From positions 172,732,001 through 172,796,000 of the forward strand of contig NC_086101.1 of assembly GCF_963921235.1 (NCBI RefSeq): DNA of 64,000 bases, written 5' to 3'. The translations under genes and the position numbers were made by a program. The stretch comes from Mobula hypostoma. Its lineage: Eukaryota. The notes beneath the pieces were generated by a model that saw only the letters and a list, made by a program, of their open reading frames with translations, made no database searches and was not told where the DNA came from. Positions 61,221 through 64,000 of the stretch are shown here, piece by piece. Each line of letters begins with the position of its first letter. Positions within the stretch are counted from its first letter, which is position 1.

Positions 61221-62699
61221 GTCTGTCCAACGCAGGATCTCACCCCGTGATGTGAGTTGTCCAGCATGTGGGGTGCAATACCCAATCCTAATGGCTTCAT
61301 CCACCAAAGCAATCCATAATCCTAACCACGTTATCCAGCAGAGCTGGACAGAGAGGCTAGCTCCACCACTGATCAGCAGCTGCTGTACAGGTGGACTCGT
61401 AAGGAGCAAAGGCACAATAAATAGATTACTCCACACCTCAGGTTCCTATGTGGAAAAGTATATTGATGGATGTCTCACAAGCATCTTAAAAACTGCAACT
61501 CCCATCTATTTCGTGAGGAACCTACCAATGGAATTGATTGGCAGAGAAGGTGGGTTCCCACGTTAAGCAGGGCTATCGTGCTGTAAAAGAAAATAGCAGC
61601 ACTTCAAACAAGAGGGAACTAGTCCCAAGACCACAAGAAACAGAAGTCACAAGGCAAGCCTCCTCTGTTGTTCACTGACCAGGATGATCCTATGCCTCAG
61701 CTAAACTAATAAGCTTATCCTTTATTTCCAGTAAAGCCCAAAAATCAATCAATTGCGGCCTTGAACATACTCAACAATGGAATATACAGTCCTCAGAAGC
61801 AAAGAATCCACCACTGTGAGCGGTGCAATAATAGTGAGTGAATTCTTTCTTTGCCGCAATACCTTCCAATGAATCAAAACTGATTTGTTATGAATTTTAT
61901 TTGGAGTTGTTTCCGAAATCAGCAAGAACTGCTTTTGGAAGTACACTGCTGGAAGCCCTGTTCAAAATTTTGCAAGCCAGCCCACCTTACACCAAGGTCG
62001 AAGTGAATCAGAAACCAAATCTTTTATCTCCTGCAATGATGTACAAAATTGTTCGGAACTGACAGGTTAAGTTTCTGGAAAAATAAAAGAAAAGCCTTTC
62101 AGAACAAAGCAAGGTTTGGGATATAAAGATTCAGTAAGAAACAAAAGTATAAAACAAAATGCAGGAGCTCCAAGTAGCTATCAGAAAAAAAGCACCGTTA
62201 GAATGCTTACAAAGGAAGAACATAAAAGTTCTGAGTTCTGATAAAAGATCATCAATCAGAAACATTAACTTTGATTTCCTGCCTGACCCGCTGAGTTTTC
62301 TCGAATTTTCCACTTTCATTTCAGATTTCAAGCATCCTTTGAGTACCTTTTCTCATTTTAACAGAACATAGCTAAGGAGATTTAAGGGCTATTTTGACAG
62401 ATGAACAACCATATATTAAGAGTGTTTGTAACATAATTAGACTATTTCCATTTCCTATTCAAATTCTCCATGCTACAACAAGCTCAGGATAGATCAGCCT
62501 CCTACTATTGAAGTCAACAGATATAAATGTTGGACATGGTCTGTACTGAGTTACTGATTAACCATCATGCATCTACAAAGTTGACTTCAATCACTAGAAA
62601 AAGTGTAAATGACTTGTCAGTAAACAACTAATCTCCGTGCCAGCCAAGAACCCCCACCACAGCCCGTCCCACCTGTCTTGCTTTTCGCTAATACCATAG

Positions 62700-63022
62700 G
62701 CGCAGGAGTCTTGCGTCCCTCGGGAGCAGTTGTTGCCCTGAAGCTACTGGGCTCCTGGATTGACTTCTCTCGCCTCAATGCTGAACTGACTCCACAGCCT
62801 GTGGACTCACTTTTGGGACTCTGCACTTAATGTTCTATATCCTATTTGTTGACTTTTTTATCGTTTGCACACCGGACGTTTGTCAGTCTTTGTTTTGTGC
62901 GATTTTTCCGGGATTCTATTGTATTTCTTTGTTTTCCTGTAGGTGCCTACAAGAACATGAATTTCAAGGTTGTATCTGGTACACATACACTTTGATAATA
63001 GATTTAACTTTGAACTTTGAAA
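62700..63022 (+). mobile_element. Rex1/Babar-like LINE 3' tail
   Basis: Ends ...ttgataatagatttaactttgaactttga, like 55950..56830. Confidence 0.6.
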
Positions 63023-64000
63023 AATAGAAAATTCTGACTTGGTGATTAGAAACCCAGATCTGAATCTTAACCTATGCCTATCAAATAACAGCTTAATCTC
63101 ATTTAGTTGATTGGATTATCTAAACCGAATCAAAAAATTTATCAGCATATTGAGCTTTGCATGGCTGAATATTCTTGAATGTTTTAAGAGGATCTCATTG
63201 CAGTGCTGGTCCTCACTGGTTTCCTGACTAAGCTTGAAGGATTCAACTGACTATAATGACCATCTGTCTATGGCACGTTCATATTCTTGATTCTTTAAAA
63301 AACACACTTTTCCCTGATCATGGACGGCATACTCAATGCTAAACATTTGGTACAAGTTACTCCTCTGGCTGAGGTACTTCCTTTGTAACTGCACCGAGGT
63401 CAGCTCACTTGAGATGGTGACGTGAAGCAGTTGACACCCAAAAGAGCTTGGCACGTAAACACCAGAATTCCATGTTTATGTTGAACATTCTTGAAATGCA
63501 TAAATAAAACTGCACTCAACCACCTAGGGTCAAATCTCATTGCTTTGCAGGCTAAACTGAAGCAATACCGTCTCCCACTAGGGACAAAAATAAACTTACA
63601 GCCCATGGAGTCTAAGTTTTTAAGTGAGGTGGTGTGTTTGGACAATCACTTGTGCTGCCAGACCACAATCAGGCATTATGCAGAACTTGAACTTGAGATG
63701 ATCTATTAAGAGGTGGGGAAAGAAAATGCCATGCCCGAATTCAGTGAGAGCACTTCACAATCCTTTCCCCACAAGATCTTTTAAAAAATCTTTGAAGCAG
63801 AGGACAAGACAACCTCAAAATAATTGTATCTGTCACAAAGCATTAATTGCAAATCGGATAATATTTTCAATTAATTTGACAATTAATCAAGAGTATGCAG
63901 TGAGGAGGCAGGAGCCATTAAAAAGAGATTGAAAAGTCTCCAGTGTTACATGATGGAGTAGCTTTTGCTTTGATTAATAATAGAAACACGTATATAAAAT

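Noticed and set aside
1-64000. CRISPR array, prokaryotic operon or further constitutive teneurin exons
   Set aside because: No regularly spaced repeat-spacer array or gene-dense region; the flanking teneurin exon motifs (LTLTDTEHE, SLNR, NSN.PLE.R) were not found on either strand by eye.

Overview
Vertebrate genomic DNA, roughly 40% GC, most likely from a cartilaginous fish (ray or shark). This is inferred from the repeat content: HER1/CR1 LINEs, HE1-type V-SINEs, SacSINE1-like DeuSINEs and shark-type Penelope terminal repeats. The window reads as the interior of a very large minus-strand teneurin gene. One clear 219-nt, phase 1-1 exon of the teneurin intracellular domain lies at 13064..12846 (TENM3 favoured, TENM4 possible). 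Upstream of it are repeat-free islands carrying candidate alternative first exons, the best at 33994..33967 encoding MDYWRLLQK-G. The rest is intron filled with transposon debris: young and old CR1, Rex1/Babar-like LINEs, RTE-derived and YY1-headed non-autonomous retroposons, a decayed Penelope element with many terminal-repeat copies bearing minimal hammerhead-ribozyme motifs, Tc1 MITEs with doubled hairpin ends, a hAT/Charlie element carrying CR1 pieces, and solo LTRs. No intact autonomous transposon, rRNA/tRNA gene or CRISPR array is present. Most ORF-track entries are TE fragments or chance ORFs. I see no clearly new biological system; the most interesting leads are the candidate variable N-termini and splicing signals of the teneurin exon, the hammerhead motifs and the chimeric DNA transposons. 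Repeat boundaries were read by eye and are approximate unless termini or TSDs are quoted.
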